The position numbers and the translations under genes were made by a program. This document shows, in pieces, positions 37,097-48,814 of a DNA stretch of 64,000 nt; positions within the stretch are counted from its first letter, which is position 1; each line of letters opens with the position of its first letter. Origin of the DNA: Pseudobdellovibrionaceae bacterium. GTDB lineage: Bacteria > Bdellovibrionota > Bdellovibrionia > Bdellovibrionales > UBA1609. The notes under the pieces were generated by a model. It was not told the DNA's origin and did no database searches. It saw nothing but the letters and a program-made list of their open reading frames with translations. The DNA is taken from positions 1,228,993 through 1,292,992 of the forward strand of contig CP060220.1 of NCBI GenBank assembly GCA_023898385.1. Direction: 5' to 3'.

Positions 37097-37993
37097 TTGA
37101 GTTTTTACTTAAGGCACTTATTTATTTTTGTAGCCAGTGTGGCCATCCCGTTCAGTATTATGGCTGAAGCGAGCGAGGTGCGGCCCTTGCGATCTGCTGG
37201 CACTGATGCCACGCGGAGCCCCGATAGTGAAGCTGAAGGGGGGAGGCCCTTACGGTCCATTGCCACTGAAGATTTGCTGCCTCAATGGACGCCCGCCCCC
37301 GTGTTTCCTGCTTTTGAGAAAACCATACCCGCACCGCCAACACCAATTCCATCAAGACAGCGTCGTTTGTTCACAGACAAGCTCATGACCGAGATACAAG
37401 AGCGACACGAAGAATTTTTTGGACACAGCTCCACCACTCACCTGAACTTGGAATTTCCTGATTACAGTGATTTTGAATTTGGACATGAAAGTCGCCTTTA
37501 TCACGGTCGCTTTATTTACGAAAATGAACGCACCCAAGAGTTTGGCACTTACTTGGCGCGACGAGTGGTGGAGTATGAGGCCGATATATTTCTACAAAGC
37601 CAATCTCACTTGCGCCCCATTTATAGAATCAAACGAGAAGCCACAAAAGTGGAAATGCAACTCACTGAAGATGTAGGCATCAAAGCTCAGTACTCAGTAG
37701 CCGGTCATTTTATTGTTCTCGACGTGGTAAACCCTTGGGTTACATCTTATGTTACCTGGGAGTTTACCGTCAGTGAGATTTCTGAAATCCTTTACACTGT
37801 CAAAAAACCCCTTCCCAACAACTATTCAGCAGAGCTAAAGGTGAAGCAAAAAGACGGAATTTTCGCTCTTGTTGGGAAAAAGGCCTTTTCTTCAAACCTT
37901 GAGGGCGTGTTGACCGCATCCACTTACTTTGAGCCCACAGGAACAACTGAAAGGGATCGGGTTCTACTTACCGGGATAAATTGGATTTTTTAA
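37097..37993 (+). CDS. hypothetical secreted protein (possible beta-barrel; C-terminal ...INWIF)
   Basis: TTG start, signal peptide, internal duplication RPLRSAGTDA / RPLRSIATED, aromatic C-terminus. Confidence 0.5.
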   Translation: MSFYLRHLFIFVASVAIPFSIMAEASEVRPLRSAGTDATRSPDSEAEGGRPLRSIATEDLLPQWTPAPVFPAFEKTIPAPPTPIPSRQRRLFTDKLMTEIQERHEEFFGHSSTTHLNLEFPDYSDFEFGHESRLYHGRFIYENERTQEFGTYLARRVVEYEADIFLQSQSHLRPIYRIKREATKVEMQLTEDVGIKAQYSVAGHFIVLDVVNPWVTSYVTWEFTVSEISEILYTVKKPLPNNYSAELKVKQKDGIFALVGKKAFSSNLEGVLTASTYFEPTGTTERDRVLLTGINWIF

Positions 37994-38144
37994 ACACGCG
38001 GTAAAACTTACGTCGATATCGTCGATCCCGCTGATAGGATTTATAGGCAATCACCAATACCAGGGTCAAAAAAGCCAGCAAAAATACCAGACTTCCCAAC
38101 CCAGCCGCATCACCAATTTCTTTAGGAAAACTATCTAAAATCAT
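37968..38144 (-). CDS. possible 58-aa single-TM protein (below the track size cutoff)
   Basis: MILDSFPKEIGDAAGLGSLVFLLAFLTLVLVIAYKSYQRDRRYRRKFYRVFKKSNLSR. Weak RBS. It overlaps the 3' end of the convergent gene. Confidence 0.25.
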   Translation of the reverse strand: MILDSFPKEIGDAAGLGSLVFLLAFLTLVLVIAYKSYQRDRRYRRKFYRVFKKSNLSR

Positions 38145-38306
38145 TAACCTACACCAATAACAAAAATCTTATGTAACACCTTTTCATCACTAATGATGCA
38201 AAAAGTCAAGGTCGATTGTAGCGCAAAAAAAAAACATTCAAGGCCGGGCAAATTTTCACCGATAGGAACTGTGAGTGGAACGAATCATATGAAGGGGCAC
38301 TAAACC

Positions 38307-38996
38307 ATGTCTATGCTGAGTCGATACAAAAAAGCGGGGGGCTTTGTCCAATTACTAAACCTGATTGAGACCCGCGGGCCAGAAAAGAGAGAAAAGTTCT
38401 TACAGATCATCGAAGAAGAAAGCCCCTACTGGGCCGAAGCCATTCGAGAAAAGCTTCTCTCCATCGACCGAATAATGACTTGGGATGAAAACACGCTGGG
38501 TGAAATTGCCGTACGACTGCCCGAACTAACTTTGGCTACTTTTTTACATGGCATACAAGAAGAACACCGCGAGAAAATTTTGTCCACGTTCACCCATACC
38601 CAGCGCAGGCATATTGATGATTTTTTCGATTCCAAAACCCCAAGCGCTGGGGAGATCAATGCCACGTTGGTTAAGCTCCTCGAGCTCACACGACACATGA
38701 TCACTGAGGGCGAAATCAAGCTCGACCGAGTAGACCCAGGCCTTGCCATTCATGAAGACATTGAAGAAGAACTAATCAAAAAAGACAACGAAGCAAAAAA
38801 AGGCGATGAAGACACGGCTCACTTAGCCAGTATAGATTTGCCTGATGTGGCCTCTGGCCAGAGTGGACCAGGCAACACTATTGATTTGACGAAAATCAAA
38901 CAAAAGCTGACTCAGCTAAGTAAAGAAAACCACACGCTTAAGCAAGAAAACCGAGTGCTCCAAGAAAAGATCGCGCAAATTCGAAAAATTGTTTAG
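38307..38996 (+). CDS. FliG C-terminal-like domain protein with C-terminal coiled coil
   Basis: The segment IMTWDENTLGEIAVRLPELTLATFLHGIQEEHREKILSTFTHTQRRHIDDFF...LLELTRHMITEGEIKL follows the FliG_C pattern (F.dl..ld...l..vlrev....la.AL.g...e.r.kil.n.s.r....GEI). The C-terminal part is heptad-rich. Confidence 0.45.
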   Translation: MSMLSRYKKAGGFVQLLNLIETRGPEKREKFLQIIEEESPYWAEAIREKLLSIDRIMTWDENTLGEIAVRLPELTLATFLHGIQEEHREKILSTFTHTQRRHIDDFFDSKTPSAGEINATLVKLLELTRHMITEGEIKLDRVDPGLAIHEDIEEELIKKDNEAKKGDEDTAHLASIDLPDVASGQSGPGNTIDLTKIKQKLTQLSKENHTLKQENRVLQEKIAQIRKIV

Positions 38997-39002
38997 ATGA
39001 CC

Positions 39003-42000
39003 CTAAACACCCGGCAGGGCATCTAATGGATCGGGACCTTCTGCGTTCCGACTAGAAAGTCCCGTATGAATCCGGCGCGACAAGCTCCATAGAGATTTAA
39101 TTCGGCTTGCGATACCCTCCTCATCTATGCGGTCACTTTGAATCCCCTCACTGCAGAATACTTCAATTTCAGAGGCCAATTGACTGACTAGAGGATACCC
39201 ATAACCACTACCGGCACCTTTAAGCTGATGCGCCACTGACTTGAGCTCCAACCAGTCATGGTTCAATAAAGCTTTATCCAAAGCATTCAGCCGTTTCGGA
39301 AGATTGGAAACAAATTTCGGCAAGATGGTCGAAATCACTTCATCTTCAGAATATTCTGACAGCAAGGGCTCTGCTGGATTTGATGGCATTAAAACGCCTC
39401 CTCCTGAAGATGCATTTAGTCCATTGTCTTTCGAGACAACAGTCAAGGGATAGGATGACGTTCGGCGCTCTTTGCGCACATGTTTTGCTATGGTTTTTGC
39501 GAGATTCATGGGTTTGACAGGTTTACTCAAGTAGTCAGTAAATCCCAGTTGCAGACACCGCCCTTTTTCTCCTTCCATAGCATGAGCGGTCAGCGCGATG
39601 ATGGGCAGGTGGCAGTGGGCGGACCGCAGCATTTTTGTGGCATCATAACCATTGATCACTGGCATTTGAATATCCATTAGGATCACATCAAAATCTGCTT
39701 CTAAATCCAGTGCTTTTGATACAGCTTCGCCACCGTTGCTGGCCACATCCACCTCTGCCCCTTCACGCTCCAGAATCGCTCGCATCAAGGCTTGGTTATC
39801 TTCGAAATCTTCTGCAAGCAACACGCGAACATCTGTCAATAAGCGCCCTGGAGAAGGGGCTTTTGGACTTGATGATGGTACCGCAGCCACATGTTCTATG
39901 GGACTCGCGAGAGATTCCACGCGAAGTGTGGTTGTGCGAGCTCCGGGATCTAACACCAATGAGAAGGTCGTACCCCGTCCTGGTCGACTCTCTTTGAGGT
40001 AGAGATCGCCACCCAGGTGTCTGGCTAGCCTTCGGCTGAGAGCTAATCCTAACCCGGTTCCACCATATTTACGCGATATCGAACTGTCAGCCTGAGTGAA
40101 GGGTTCGAAAAGCTTTTTTTGTTGGCTCAGGGTCATTCCAACACCCGTATCTGATACTTCAAAATAGACAAAGGGATATTTTCTGGCGCCACCAGCATCA
40201 TCTAAACGCACCAATATTCTAATCTCACCTTCATCTGTAAATTTGATGGAATTGCTGATGACGTTGGCCAAAATCTGCTTGAGTCGAACTGAATCGGTGT
40301 GAATGAACGTCGGAATCTCACCTTCAATATCGAGCTTTATATTTAAATCCTTATCCCGGGCTTTTAAGCTAAGTTCTGCGATCAGTCCCTTTAAGAAATC
40401 CGGAAAATCAAGCTTTCGCATATCTATAAACAGATATCCTGATTCCACTTTTGACAGATCTAAAATGTCATTGATCAAAGCCAATAAATTCTGGCCGTTT
40501 CTGCGAATAATATCTATGTACTTGTTGCGTTTTTCATCCATTAACTCTGGATCTAACAGCAAGTCAGAATAGCCAAGCAACACACCCAATGGAGTTCGAA
40601 TCTCATGGCTCATGGTCGCAAGAAACGTGGTCTTTGCCTTATTTGCTGTATCAGCGGATTCTTTTAGTCGAATCAATTCTTCTTCATATCTTTTAGATTC
40701 TGTAATATCGCGGGCAATGCCAGAATAATATTCCACCTGGCCCGCTGCATTTTTATGGGCCAAAATCAATTGGGATACTGCTACTTCTCGCCCTCGCCGA
40801 CTGAGCAGCGCCATCTCACCGTGCCAGACACCTTCTCGCTGAGCCTTTGGCAATGCCTCTTCATCTAAAATGTTACAGGCCCATTTGGGATAAATGTCGG
40901 CAACGGAAAGATCCGACAGCTCATGTGAGTCCTCAAGATCGAGCAGATCTCGTCCAGCTTTGTTGATAAACATACATCGGCCCCTCTCATCCATGAGAAA
41001 CACCACGTCTGTGGTGGCCTGAAGGATGGCCGCCATTCGGTTTTTCATTTCAATAACGCTGCTTTTGCTTTCTTTTTCTTGGCTCAAGGCTTCCATAGTT
41101 GCCGTCAACTCTTGCGTTCGTTCGTCCACAGCCACTTCAAGACTGGCATATGCCGTCTTCAGATCTTCTTCGGCCCGTTTTCTAACATCAATATCAAGCC
41201 AGTACCCAACCATCTCTACCGGTTGACCATTTTCATCGTGCACCACTCGTAAACTGTCACGCATCCATCTGTATGATCCGTCTTTGTATTTGTATCGATA
41301 CTCGTCTGTGTGCTCTCCCTTATCAAATAAAGTCTTCAGCCCCCCTTTCACTCGCAACAAATCATCAGGGTGCACTCGAGACTCCCAAAAATCGGGGTCA
41401 TTCAAAAAGTCATTGGCATCATATCCCATAATGTCTTTAATATTGGGGCTAATAAACGCGGGCTTAATGGTTTTACCTACGCTCAAAGTGTAAATCACGG
41501 CTGGACTATTGGTAATCAGGTATCGAAATCTCTCATCAGAAGAGCGCAGCGCCCGTTCTTGCTTTTTGATGTCCGTTCGATCAAGCACAAAGGCAACGCC
41601 CTTTGTTTGTGCAGCATCAATAAACCGCGCTCCAGCCACCACATCAAAAAAACTACCGTCAGCCCGACGGCAAATCTGTTCACAGGGATTAAGTTGCCCA
41701 TCATTCATCTGCAGCTTAAGATCTTCTATTGACTCAATCCAAATGAGATTGGGCCAAGATACTCCTCCTGCCAATAGATCATCTCGTGTGAATCCGAACA
41801 TCTCAAGAAAGCTATCATTGGCATCCAACACCTTTCCGTCAGCGGACCATACACAAGAGCCAATAATATTGGCGTCTATTAATTGCCGCGAAAGCTCCAC
41901 GCTCTCTCGAAGGTCTTTTTCTACTCGCTTTAGATCTGTGATGTCATGACCCACCGACTGGAATTCAATCACCTCACCCATCTCATTGGTGATCGCCGTG

Positions 42001-43232
42001 TCAGTCCACTGTTGCCAGCCCAGATGGCCGTCAGGATAAGTCACCTGGTGCTCAGCCGTTCTCTGCCCCGGATTGATTTTTAACTGCTCAATTAATCGCC
42101 TGAGGCCCGGCCGATCTTTTTTAGGAATAAGTTCAATGACGTTTGAGCCAATCAATTCTTCCCGGGATTTCGAGAAAAATCGGCAAAACGCATCATTCAC
42201 GTAAGTAATATGTGCTTCGGGGCTATATCGACAAATAAGCTGTTGCTGTGCTTCTAAGATGGTTCGATAGCGTTCTTCAAGTAGACTCATCCTTTGCTCG
42301 AGGCGACGCCGGGCCGTCATGGCAATGACCACTGCCAGTGACATCATACACACCATCAACAAAAACACCTGTAAACCCAATGAGCTTTCCACTGGATTGA
42401 GAGAGTTGTCTAAGACCGCATGCACGCCAGTGAGTTGATCAACCACAGCCACAAGCACCACAAGAGCTAGTCCTGTAGTACCTCCTCGCTCACCAAAGCG
42501 AAAGATTGACCAGAGAACCAAGGGCACCAACAGGTAAGGCCAGCTCAAGTCGGCCAATAACCAGTCACTCACAACCCATGCCGATACCAAGAAAAATACC
42601 AACAGAAGGATCATGGCTTCAACAAGGCCCCAGCGCCGCCACTCCGAGCGTTTGGCTTGGCTCCAAACTAGAACCAGAGGAGTAAACACCAATATACCCA
42701 AGCTGGTCCCAAATGTTCTCGATACAACGGATATCAAAAAAGAATCTGGCAAAAACTGGGGATTCAACGCAGCCACCTTCAATGTCCCCGTATAGATGGC
42801 CCAAACAACACTCACGCCCAATGTAAACAGCAACAGCCTAGAGTACTCACGCAAGCTGGTGATCAATTCCCTGGCTGCCGTGGCCCCAAATTGATGACCC
42901 AGCCAAGAGATAATGCCCGTAAAGCCCACAGCCCATAAAAGTGATACCGAACCAATTAACCACCAAACAGCATCTGAGTTGGCCCAATAAAAAAAGTACG
43001 CAGCACTGACAAAGCTACCCAGGAAAAGTCCCAAAATCACTCGACGCCCAAATAACAACGACGCAGCTAATGCCATCCCAAAACCCGGATAAATGGCCGA
43101 CGAACCCACATTGGGCATATACAAATAGGTACAAAGATAACCCGACAACCCCAAAGCTAAAGCTAAAAACAAATTAATTTGAAGATTCACCCGAATTGAA
43201 CTTATCGATAGAGATTTAAGAAATCGACTCAA
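39003..43232 (-). CDS. hybrid sensor histidine kinase (membrane MASE1-like domain, multiple PAS, HisKA, HATPase, receiver, Hpt)
   Basis: About 8 N-terminal TM helices, several PAS modules, H-box SHEIRTPL, G-boxes DTGVGM / [10 protein letters not shown], receiver [16 protein letters not shown], Hpt [11 protein letters not shown]. Confidence 0.9.
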   Translation of the reverse strand: MSRFLKSLSISSIRVNLQINLFLALALGLSGYLCTYLYMPNVGSSAIYPGFGMALAASLLFGRRVILGLFLGSFVSAAYFFYWANSDAVWWLIGSVSLLWAVGFTGIISWLGHQFGATAARELITSLREYSRLLLFTLGVSVVWAIYTGTLKVAALNPQFLPDSFLISVVSRTFGTSLGILVFTPLVLVWSQAKRSEWRRWGLVEAMILLLVFFLVSAWVVSDWLLADLSWPYLLVPLVLWSIFRFGERGGTTGLALVVLVAVVDQLTGVHAVLDNSLNPVESSLGLQVFLLMVCMMSLAVVIAMTARRRLEQRMSLLEERYRTILEAQQQLICRYSPEAHITYVNDAFCRFFSKSREELIGSNVIELIPKKDRPGLRRLIEQLKINPGQRTAEHQVTYPDGHLGWQQWTDTAITNEMGEVIEFQSVGHDITDLKRVEKDLRESVELSRQLIDANIIGSCVWSADGKVLDANDSFLEMFGFTRDDLLAGGVSWPNLIWIESIEDLKLQMNDGQLNPCEQICRRADGSFFDVVAGARFIDAAQTKGVAFVLDRTDIKKQERALRSSDERFRYLITNSPAVIYTLSVGKTIKPAFISPNIKDIMGYDANDFLNDPDFWESRVHPDDLLRVKGGLKTLFDKGEHTDEYRYKYKDGSYRWMRDSLRVVHDENGQPVEMVGYWLDIDVRKRAEEDLKTAYASLEVAVDERTQELTATMEALSQEKESKSSVIEMKNRMAAILQATTDVVFLMDERGRCMFINKAGRDLLDLEDSHELSDLSVADIYPKWACNILDEEALPKAQREGVWHGEMALLSRRGREVAVSQLILAHKNAAGQVEYYSGIARDITESKRYEEELIRLKESADTANKAKTTFLATMSHEIRTPLGVLLGYSDLLLDPELMDEKRNKYIDIIRRNGQNLLALINDILDLSKVESGYLFIDMRKLDFPDFLKGLIAELSLKARDKDLNIKLDIEGEIPTFIHTDSVRLKQILANVISNSIKFTDEGEIRILVRLDDAGGARKYPFVYFEVSDTGVGMTLSQQKKLFEPFTQADSSISRKYGGTGLGLALSRRLARHLGGDLYLKESRPGRGTTFSLVLDPGARTTTLRVESLASPIEHVAAVPSSSPKAPSPGRLLTDVRVLLAEDFEDNQALMRAILEREGAEVDVASNGGEAVSKALDLEADFDVILMDIQMPVINGYDATKMLRSAHCHLPIIALTAHAMEGEKGRCLQLGFTDYLSKPVKPMNLAKTIAKHVRKERRTSSYPLTVVSKDNGLNASSGGGVLMPSNPAEPLLSEYSEDEVISTILPKFVSNLPKRLNALDKALLNHDWLELKSVAHQLKGAGSGYGYPLVSQLASEIEVFCSEGIQSDRIDEEGIASRIKSLWSLSRRIHTGLSSRNAEGPDPLDALPGV

Positions 43233-43572
43233 TTTAGCCCCCGACTAGAAAAACGCATTTCTATGGATGAACCCAAGTGCAAACCCCAGTCCAACTGCGG
43301 GTGACAAGGAACACGGCTGGGACATCGGCTCTATCGTTTAACTTGTATCTGAATATGAAGAATGTTCACTTTCAGAACCGCACCGAAGCCAAACACACTC
43401 TCCCCTTCTGCAACACCCAGATACACCATGTAACACCCTGAACCAGCACGGGGCGATCAAGAGGCTTTCCTTTCGCCCACAGGTTTTTTTGCACTGGCAA
43501 AAAGATTGCCTCTCAAAGGTGGTGATGTATAAAACCAAGTACTACTTGTTGATTGCTTAAAAAGGTCGTCAA

Positions 43573-44544
43573 ATGGAACGTGTGTTGCAGACCAAAAAAA
43601 TCTGGGTGCCCCGGGTAAGAGACCTCTTTGTATTTTTGGCATTACTCTTACCACTTAAAACTCATGGCACTCCGATCCCGAGTCCGAAGGAGATCATCTG
43701 TTCGGCTCTGTTGAGCGGAGATGAGTCTCCTGAGCGAGCTCGATTCTTGAATGCCTACGAAGAACTCTTTCCGCAAATTAATGAATACAATCGAATTTTG
43801 CAGAATCAACGATATCTCACCTATGAACTCGCCGTCGCCTCTGTGGCCGCCCGCCCAAAAAACTGGATGGCGATGCTATCCCGAATTTCAGATAAAAATC
43901 CAAATATCAAAAAATTAAAAAATCGCATTCATCGAAGCGCCCAACTCCTTGAGCGGGCGCGGCCATTTGTAAACTCTACGGAACAGCAAATTCAAAACAT
44001 CGTGTCGACCTGGCTGATGGAGGATGTTCCGGACTTTCGATCAAACCACTGGAATATCAAACACCTCTCCTACCTCAGCGAAAAAACATTGGCACTTTCT
44101 GAAAAATTGAATCGTGTCTCTAAACACGCCTCCAATGTCTTAAAAAAAATGCCATTGATGAACTTACCTGAGATTCGCCTTTCTGAGGAACATCAGGAAC
44201 GCCTATCTACAACCCAATCTCATTTTGTTCGGCTGTTAACCATTGCAGAAAAAAAAGGGGCCCACAATATCGAGACTGAAGAACTAGTCGAGTATTTGGA
44301 GCAAACCCTATGGAGCCTCGAAGGGCTCAGCGAAGAACTCATGCTCGGGGTGAGAACTAATTCTCCGGGAGAGTCCTATAGCCGGATTCGAAGCGTCACC
44401 ATTGGCCTGCAGTTTTTACAACAACAAGCCGATCAGCTTCTGGGTGAATTAAACCAATCCATTGAAAAACTAAACCAAAAGCAACAGAAATTTCTGTGTG
44501 CCACCCTAGAGCTGTGCGCTGATTACGCTCCTTCATTGAAATAA
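43573..44544 (+). CDS. hypothetical secreted alpha-helical protein
   Basis: 323-aa ORF with a signal-like N-terminus. No motif recognised. Confidence 0.55.
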   Translation: MERVLQTKKIWVPRVRDLFVFLALLLPLKTHGTPIPSPKEIICSALLSGDESPERARFLNAYEELFPQINEYNRILQNQRYLTYELAVASVAARPKNWMAMLSRISDKNPNIKKLKNRIHRSAQLLERARPFVNSTEQQIQNIVSTWLMEDVPDFRSNHWNIKHLSYLSEKTLALSEKLNRVSKHASNVLKKMPLMNLPEIRLSEEHQERLSTTQSHFVRLLTIAEKKGAHNIETEELVEYLEQTLWSLEGLSEELMLGVRTNSPGESYSRIRSVTIGLQFLQQQADQLLGELNQSIEKLNQKQQKFLCATLELCADYAPSLK

Positions 44545-44593
44545 CAGCCATTATCGTTTAGGCTCAACCCTTCACATACAATGGAGGTTTCGT

Positions 44594-45397
44594 TTGAGCT
44601 TTAGTCACGATGTTACCAGCCAAAACTTTGACCAACTGGTTATTGAAAAATCTTTTGAAACACCTGTTTTAGTGGATTTTTGGGCCGAATGGTGTGCGCC
44701 CTGCAGGATGCTCAAACCCACTCTTGAAAAACTCGCCGAAGACTACCAAGGTGGGTTTATTCTGGCCAAGGTCAACACCGAGGACAATCCCAGCCTGGCT
44801 CAAAAATTTCAAATACGAGGCATTCCCGATGTGCGTCTTTTTAAAGATGGCAAAGTGGTTGATAGCTTCTCGGGTGTTCAAGGGGAGGCGGCCATTAGAG
44901 CTCTCCTCGATGCGTATGTGTCTTCACCCGTTGATGAATTTATAACCGCAGCTAAATCCAATAAGGATGTGTTGGCTGCCTTGCTAAAGGGTTATGCTGT
45001 ACACAAAGAAAATAGTAAATTTTTGTTATCTTTGGCTCAGGAACAACTTCGCCAAAATCAACTGCATGAAGCTATTAACACTTCCCGCCTTATTCCGGCC
45101 CATGATGATCTCTACCAGGATGCCAAAGATGTGGAAGTGCTAGCTGACTTTTTGAGTTCCACTCAGAGTTTAGAGAAAGGCACTCAAGCCAGTGCCCATT
45201 TCAAAGAAGCGGCAGCGGCCTACGAACGCGGTCAAATTGACGCGGCCATGGACAGCATCTTGGACCATATGAAGCAAGAAGGTGGGCAAACGGCCCCACA
45301 GGCCCGCAATGCCATGCTGGCACTCCTTAGGCAGTGTTCAGATCCCGTTAAAACGCGAAAATACCGCCAACAATTTGCAGCTATTATTAATTCCTGA
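44594..45397 (+). CDS. thioredoxin-domain protein with C-terminal TPR-like extension (YbbN/CnoX-like)
   Basis: VLVDFWAEWCAPCRMLKP (WCxPC active site) followed by a ~160-aa helical extension. TTG start. Confidence 0.8.
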   Translation: MSFSHDVTSQNFDQLVIEKSFETPVLVDFWAEWCAPCRMLKPTLEKLAEDYQGGFILAKVNTEDNPSLAQKFQIRGIPDVRLFKDGKVVDSFSGVQGEAAIRALLDAYVSSPVDEFITAAKSNKDVLAALLKGYAVHKENSKFLLSLAQEQLRQNQLHEAINTSRLIPAHDDLYQDAKDVEVLADFLSSTQSLEKGTQASAHFKEAAAAYERGQIDAAMDSILDHMKQEGGQTAPQARNAMLALLRQCSDPVKTRKYRQQFAAIINS

Positions 45398-45416
45398 TCT
45401 ATGTTAAAGATTGCCC

Positions 45417-45783
45417 GTTAGCAATGGCAGGCAATCGCCTGATCTCTCGGGATCAGGAGGAAAGTCCGGACTCCGCATGGCAACACAGGGGGTAACGCCC
45501 CTCCACCGTAAGGTGAGGACCAGTGGAACAGAAAGAATGTCCAGAGCTATGATCCTTTAGCCGGGAACGGGAGGCTTTAGGGGAGCTGCTGGAGTGAAAA
45601 CAGCTAAACTCTGTGTGGAGCAAGATCAAATAGGAAAGTGCTTGAGTGCGGCCAGCACAAGCTTTCGGGTAGATCGCTAAAGACATCAGGCAACTGAGGT
45701 CGTAGAGGAATGATTGCCCCAATCTCAAGATTCTCCAGGGCTTGAGATTGAGACAGAATCCGGCTTACAGCCACTGCTAATAT
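45417..45783 (+). ncRNA. rnpB: RNase P RNA, bacterial type A
   Basis: Plus-strand conserved blocks GAGGAAAGTCCGGACTCC, GGTAACGCCC, ACAGAAAGAATG, AGTGAAAAC, GCAAGATCAAATAGG, GGGTAGATCGCT, TAGAGGAATGATTGCC and ACAGAATCCGGCTTAC. P1 pairing joins TTAGCAATGGC (5') with GCCACTGCTAA (3'). Ends are +/- 5 nt. Confidence 0.9.
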
Positions 45784-45793
45784 ACTGGTTTTG

Positions 45794-45830
45794 TGGGGGC
45801 TTGTTCAAAAGGCAGGCCCCCATCTTTTTT
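45794..45830 (+). terminator. rho-independent terminator after rnpB
   Basis: tgggggc...gccccca stem followed by a T-run (atctttttt). Confidence 0.6.
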
Positions 45831-45966
45831 GTGAATGGTCACCTTCAGACTTATTTCGATTCATTAAAATAAAGATTTTATCGCTGTCTGTCTAAACGAA
45901 CTCTCTGTGGAAAACCGGCTGACAAGCTTAAGCCCCAAATCCCCACGAAGGCATCAAGGCTATATA

Positions 45967-46791
45967 CTATCGATCAACTGACTCTCTAAGTTGTCTAATT
46001 AGACTTCTTGACGAGGCAAAGTGAGTAGCCACAACGGCGTGCGGAATGAAACGCCCTTGCTGCCGCTCCATATGAACGGCCACCACCACATAGACTTGGC
46101 TCATATGACCATTGCCTGATGGGCCAAAATAAAAGTCTTTAGCCACTAACAACTGATAAATCTCTCTATTTCCATTTTTCTGCCGACTGATCACTCGAGC
46201 CACAGGAAGATGGCTTGAGAGAGTGTATTTTCTTTGCGTGGGCAAATAGCCTGTAAATAGCTCGAGCTCCTCGGCTAAAAGTCGGTTCATTTCAGCAACG
46301 GCATTGATCTGAGCCAACACTCGTGGGTTGTTAGAGGGTGTGGTGATGAGCTTTGGTTTTCCTTTCAAAATCGCAGCCCTTAAATTGATGAGTGGCAAAT
46401 GGGGCGGCCATATTTTGGACTGATGGATGGTCCCTACGTGCCGGGCCTCGAGCTGGCCCTTTAAGGATCGCACTTCAATGATTTCTATGGTCTCAGGATC
46501 AATAAAAATAAAATTATGGTTTAGTGGTTTTTCTTGAAAAGACGATGTTGATTCGCTTCCTGCATAAAATACGCTCACCTGATCCGGCAGGGCGATCGGA
46601 TGGTTTGAGTCTTCTAACAGGGCAAGCTGTTCATTATTTGCCTTTACTACCTGCGAGCAATCGACGAAGCGGCCAACGTAAAAGCTCTCAGCCTCCGCCC
46701 TAAACCGCGCCACTTCCGAAGCACTGATCAGATCGGCACGCCCAATGACAGAAAAAGAGAGGAAAACCCACAATAATGCGATGTATTTCAT
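45967..46791 (-). CDS. hypothetical secreted protein
   Basis: Internal start MKYIALLWVFLSFSVIGRA (signal peptide). Confidence 0.6.
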   Translation of the reverse strand: MKYIALLWVFLSFSVIGRADLISASEVARFRAEAESFYVGRFVDCSQVVKANNEQLALLEDSNHPIALPDQVSVFYAGSESTSSFQEKPLNHNFIFIDPETIEIIEVRSLKGQLEARHVGTIHQSKIWPPHLPLINLRAAILKGKPKLITTPSNNPRVLAQINAVAEMNRLLAEELELFTGYLPTQRKYTLSSHLPVARVISRQKNGNREIYQLLVAKDFYFGPSGNGHMSQVYVVVAVHMERQQGRFIPHAVVATHFASSRSLIRQLRESVDR

Positions 46792-46841
46792 AAATATGTG
46801 AATATTTCTGCAAATTCTGTACAAGAAATTTTTTGGAATTT

Positions 46842-47945
46842 CTAGTACTGATAGCACTTATATTGGACGTGAACCTTTGTTCCTGCCGGAAGGGCCGGTT
46901 CGAAGAACAATTTTTGTCCCTCAAGGCGGTAGGTGATACTACTTCCCGGATTGGGGTCTATCAGCACGACGGGCTCAACCACGGGCGGGCAATCGAGCGG
47001 GACGGCATCAAGCGAGCGCTCAGTGACTTGTCCCATGACCGTCAGCTGGTTGGCGTAGCTGGCTGCACAGATATCGCCTGTGACCCCACCAGTGGACTGT
47101 GCTAACTCGGCGTGAAAGAACCCGTAGAATGCCGGATCCTGGCTGTCTTGAATATCATAGCAGGCCTTATCCCCAGGTCGAATCACTATAGAATGGTTGG
47201 TGTACAGTTTTTCTGGGAACTGCTGACTCACAACCTGCAACAGATGGCCTGGATAGTTCTCGTCCAAAAGGGTCTTACATTGACCCAACTGCCGATCTTG
47301 AGTGTAAAGAGATTTATCACACTCACCACCGCTTCGCTCGTCTTCATCGGTGACTATAATCGTAGTCAAAGCCGCGTCGTCTCGAAAGCAATCTGCATTG
47401 GTGGATTCCTTTACAGCAAGGCCGATGGCTCGAATGGGTTGCTCATCACCACTGGACTGAGTGTTTTGAATATTCTGTGCTGTAGCTCGAAAAATTTCAG
47501 ACCGATTGGCGTCGGTCGACCTAAATACTTTGCTACCCAGCTGTTCCCAGGCCATGGCTCGGCCCTTTTGCCCATTCACATTGGAAGTGGTGTAACACAT
47601 TTGCCAGTCAATTCCGGCTGAATCTAAAATATTAGTGAAATTATCAAAGCGATCGCCAAGCTCCTTATTTTCATCGGACATAGACCCTGAGTTATCGAAA
47701 ACAATAAATATGTCGACCACATTTGAACTTAAATTAATCTCATAGCTAAGAGTCTTATCTATGATGATTCTATCGTTATTTACAGGAGGCAGCGGATCTC
47801 CCGATCTTCGCACGGGCGCACCCAAGGACGAAAACTCAACATCCGAACACGAGTTAAATACCATACCCAGCGCTAAGGCTGCGCTAGCAATACTCCATAT
47901 AATCGATTTTTTTGCACTTGGTCTGATAGGCATAGTTTCCCCCAT
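46842..47945 (-). CDS. von Willebrand factor type A domain lipoprotein
   Basis: Lipobox VFNSC. MIDAS motif IFIVFDNSGSMSDEN. Later IIVTDEDE. Confidence 0.7.
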   Translation of the reverse strand: MGETMPIRPSAKKSIIWSIASAALALGMVFNSCSDVEFSSLGAPVRRSGDPLPPVNNDRIIIDKTLSYEINLSSNVVDIFIVFDNSGSMSDENKELGDRFDNFTNILDSAGIDWQMCYTTSNVNGQKGRAMAWEQLGSKVFRSTDANRSEIFRATAQNIQNTQSSGDEQPIRAIGLAVKESTNADCFRDDAALTTIIVTDEDERSGGECDKSLYTQDRQLGQCKTLLDENYPGHLLQVVSQQFPEKLYTNHSIVIRPGDKACYDIQDSQDPAFYGFFHAELAQSTGGVTGDICAASYANQLTVMGQVTERSLDAVPLDCPPVVEPVVLIDPNPGSSITYRLEGQKLFFEPALPAGTKVHVQYKCYQY

Positions 47946-48230
47946 TGCTTACCCACATTGTTGTTATTTCAAATTCAAGGCCACCTCAGATGCATCCTGA
48001 GGGTTGCCAACCCCAGACTGTGATCAGAAGTTTCACACTTGTGCAAAGATTGAGGGAATTCTCTGAGGGTGCCAACTGGTGTTGGCAGTGATGTCACAGT
48101 TGGAACATAGATCCATCGAACGCAAGACTAGGCACATTCACTTAGAAATATGTTCATTAAAATTGGTCGTCCATGGACAACCCACATTGATAGGTATAGG
48201 GCTACGTCAATATATGCCCAGGAGGAAAAA

Positions 48231-48581
48231 ATGATGCCACGACTCCTTTTATTATTTTTGCTAGCCTTCCCCACTTTCACCTATGCGGGCGATTCTGAAC
48301 AGGCCTCGCTTGATGAACTTTATGAACGCAGCCATGTACTAGGTCAGTCGGCTCAACAGTCTCTGCATAAAGCCTATGATGAGTACAACGAGTTCTTGTC
48401 GGTGAATGCGAAAATTGCAGAAATAAAAGCCAAGCAGGCCAAAGAAGATCTTGATGAGGCCGCAACGAAACAACGTGAACAGTGGGATACTCAAATTAAA
48501 GAAACGCAACAACAAGTGGATGAAGGACTCGCCAAACTCAGCCGAGCCTGGGACGCATTCACAAAAGAATTAAACAAATAG
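48231..48581 (+). CDS. small secreted helical protein
   Basis: Start MMPRLLLLFLLAFPTFTYA after a GGAGGA RBS. The rest is charged coiled-coil-like sequence. Confidence 0.55.
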   Translation: MMPRLLLLFLLAFPTFTYAGDSEQASLDELYERSHVLGQSAQQSLHKAYDEYNEFLSVNAKIAEIKAKQAKEDLDEAATKQREQWDTQIKETQQQVDEGLAKLSRAWDAFTKELNK

Positions 48582-48814
48582 ACACACTGTATTTTATCTC
48601 ATCCTGAGATGTTTTAATCACTAACCCTTCGCAAGCAAAAAATTGCCTTTTTTCTCAAATCTATGAGATAGAGCATCGCCATCTCATTTTGAGCAGCTCT
48701 ACATAAACCAAAAATATTTTTTTAGAATTAGCGATCGAGCCTCAAGTCTTGGCTACCTTTGCCGATAGGTCTTTGAGCATAACTTTCACCTATTCCACCT
48801 TTAGGAGGTCTATA

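Noticed and set aside
39241-42804. Numerous 60-150-aa ORFs on both strands inside the hybrid kinase gene, and likewise inside the RCC1, AsmA-like, cyclase, pilin, pdxJ and gloB genes
   Set aside because: They are embedded within long, motif-supported genes, either antisense to them or in an alternative same-strand frame. They show no independent coding evidence.
45453-45728. 91-aa minus-strand ORF from the track
   Set aside because: It lies entirely antisense to a clear type A RNase P RNA on the plus strand.
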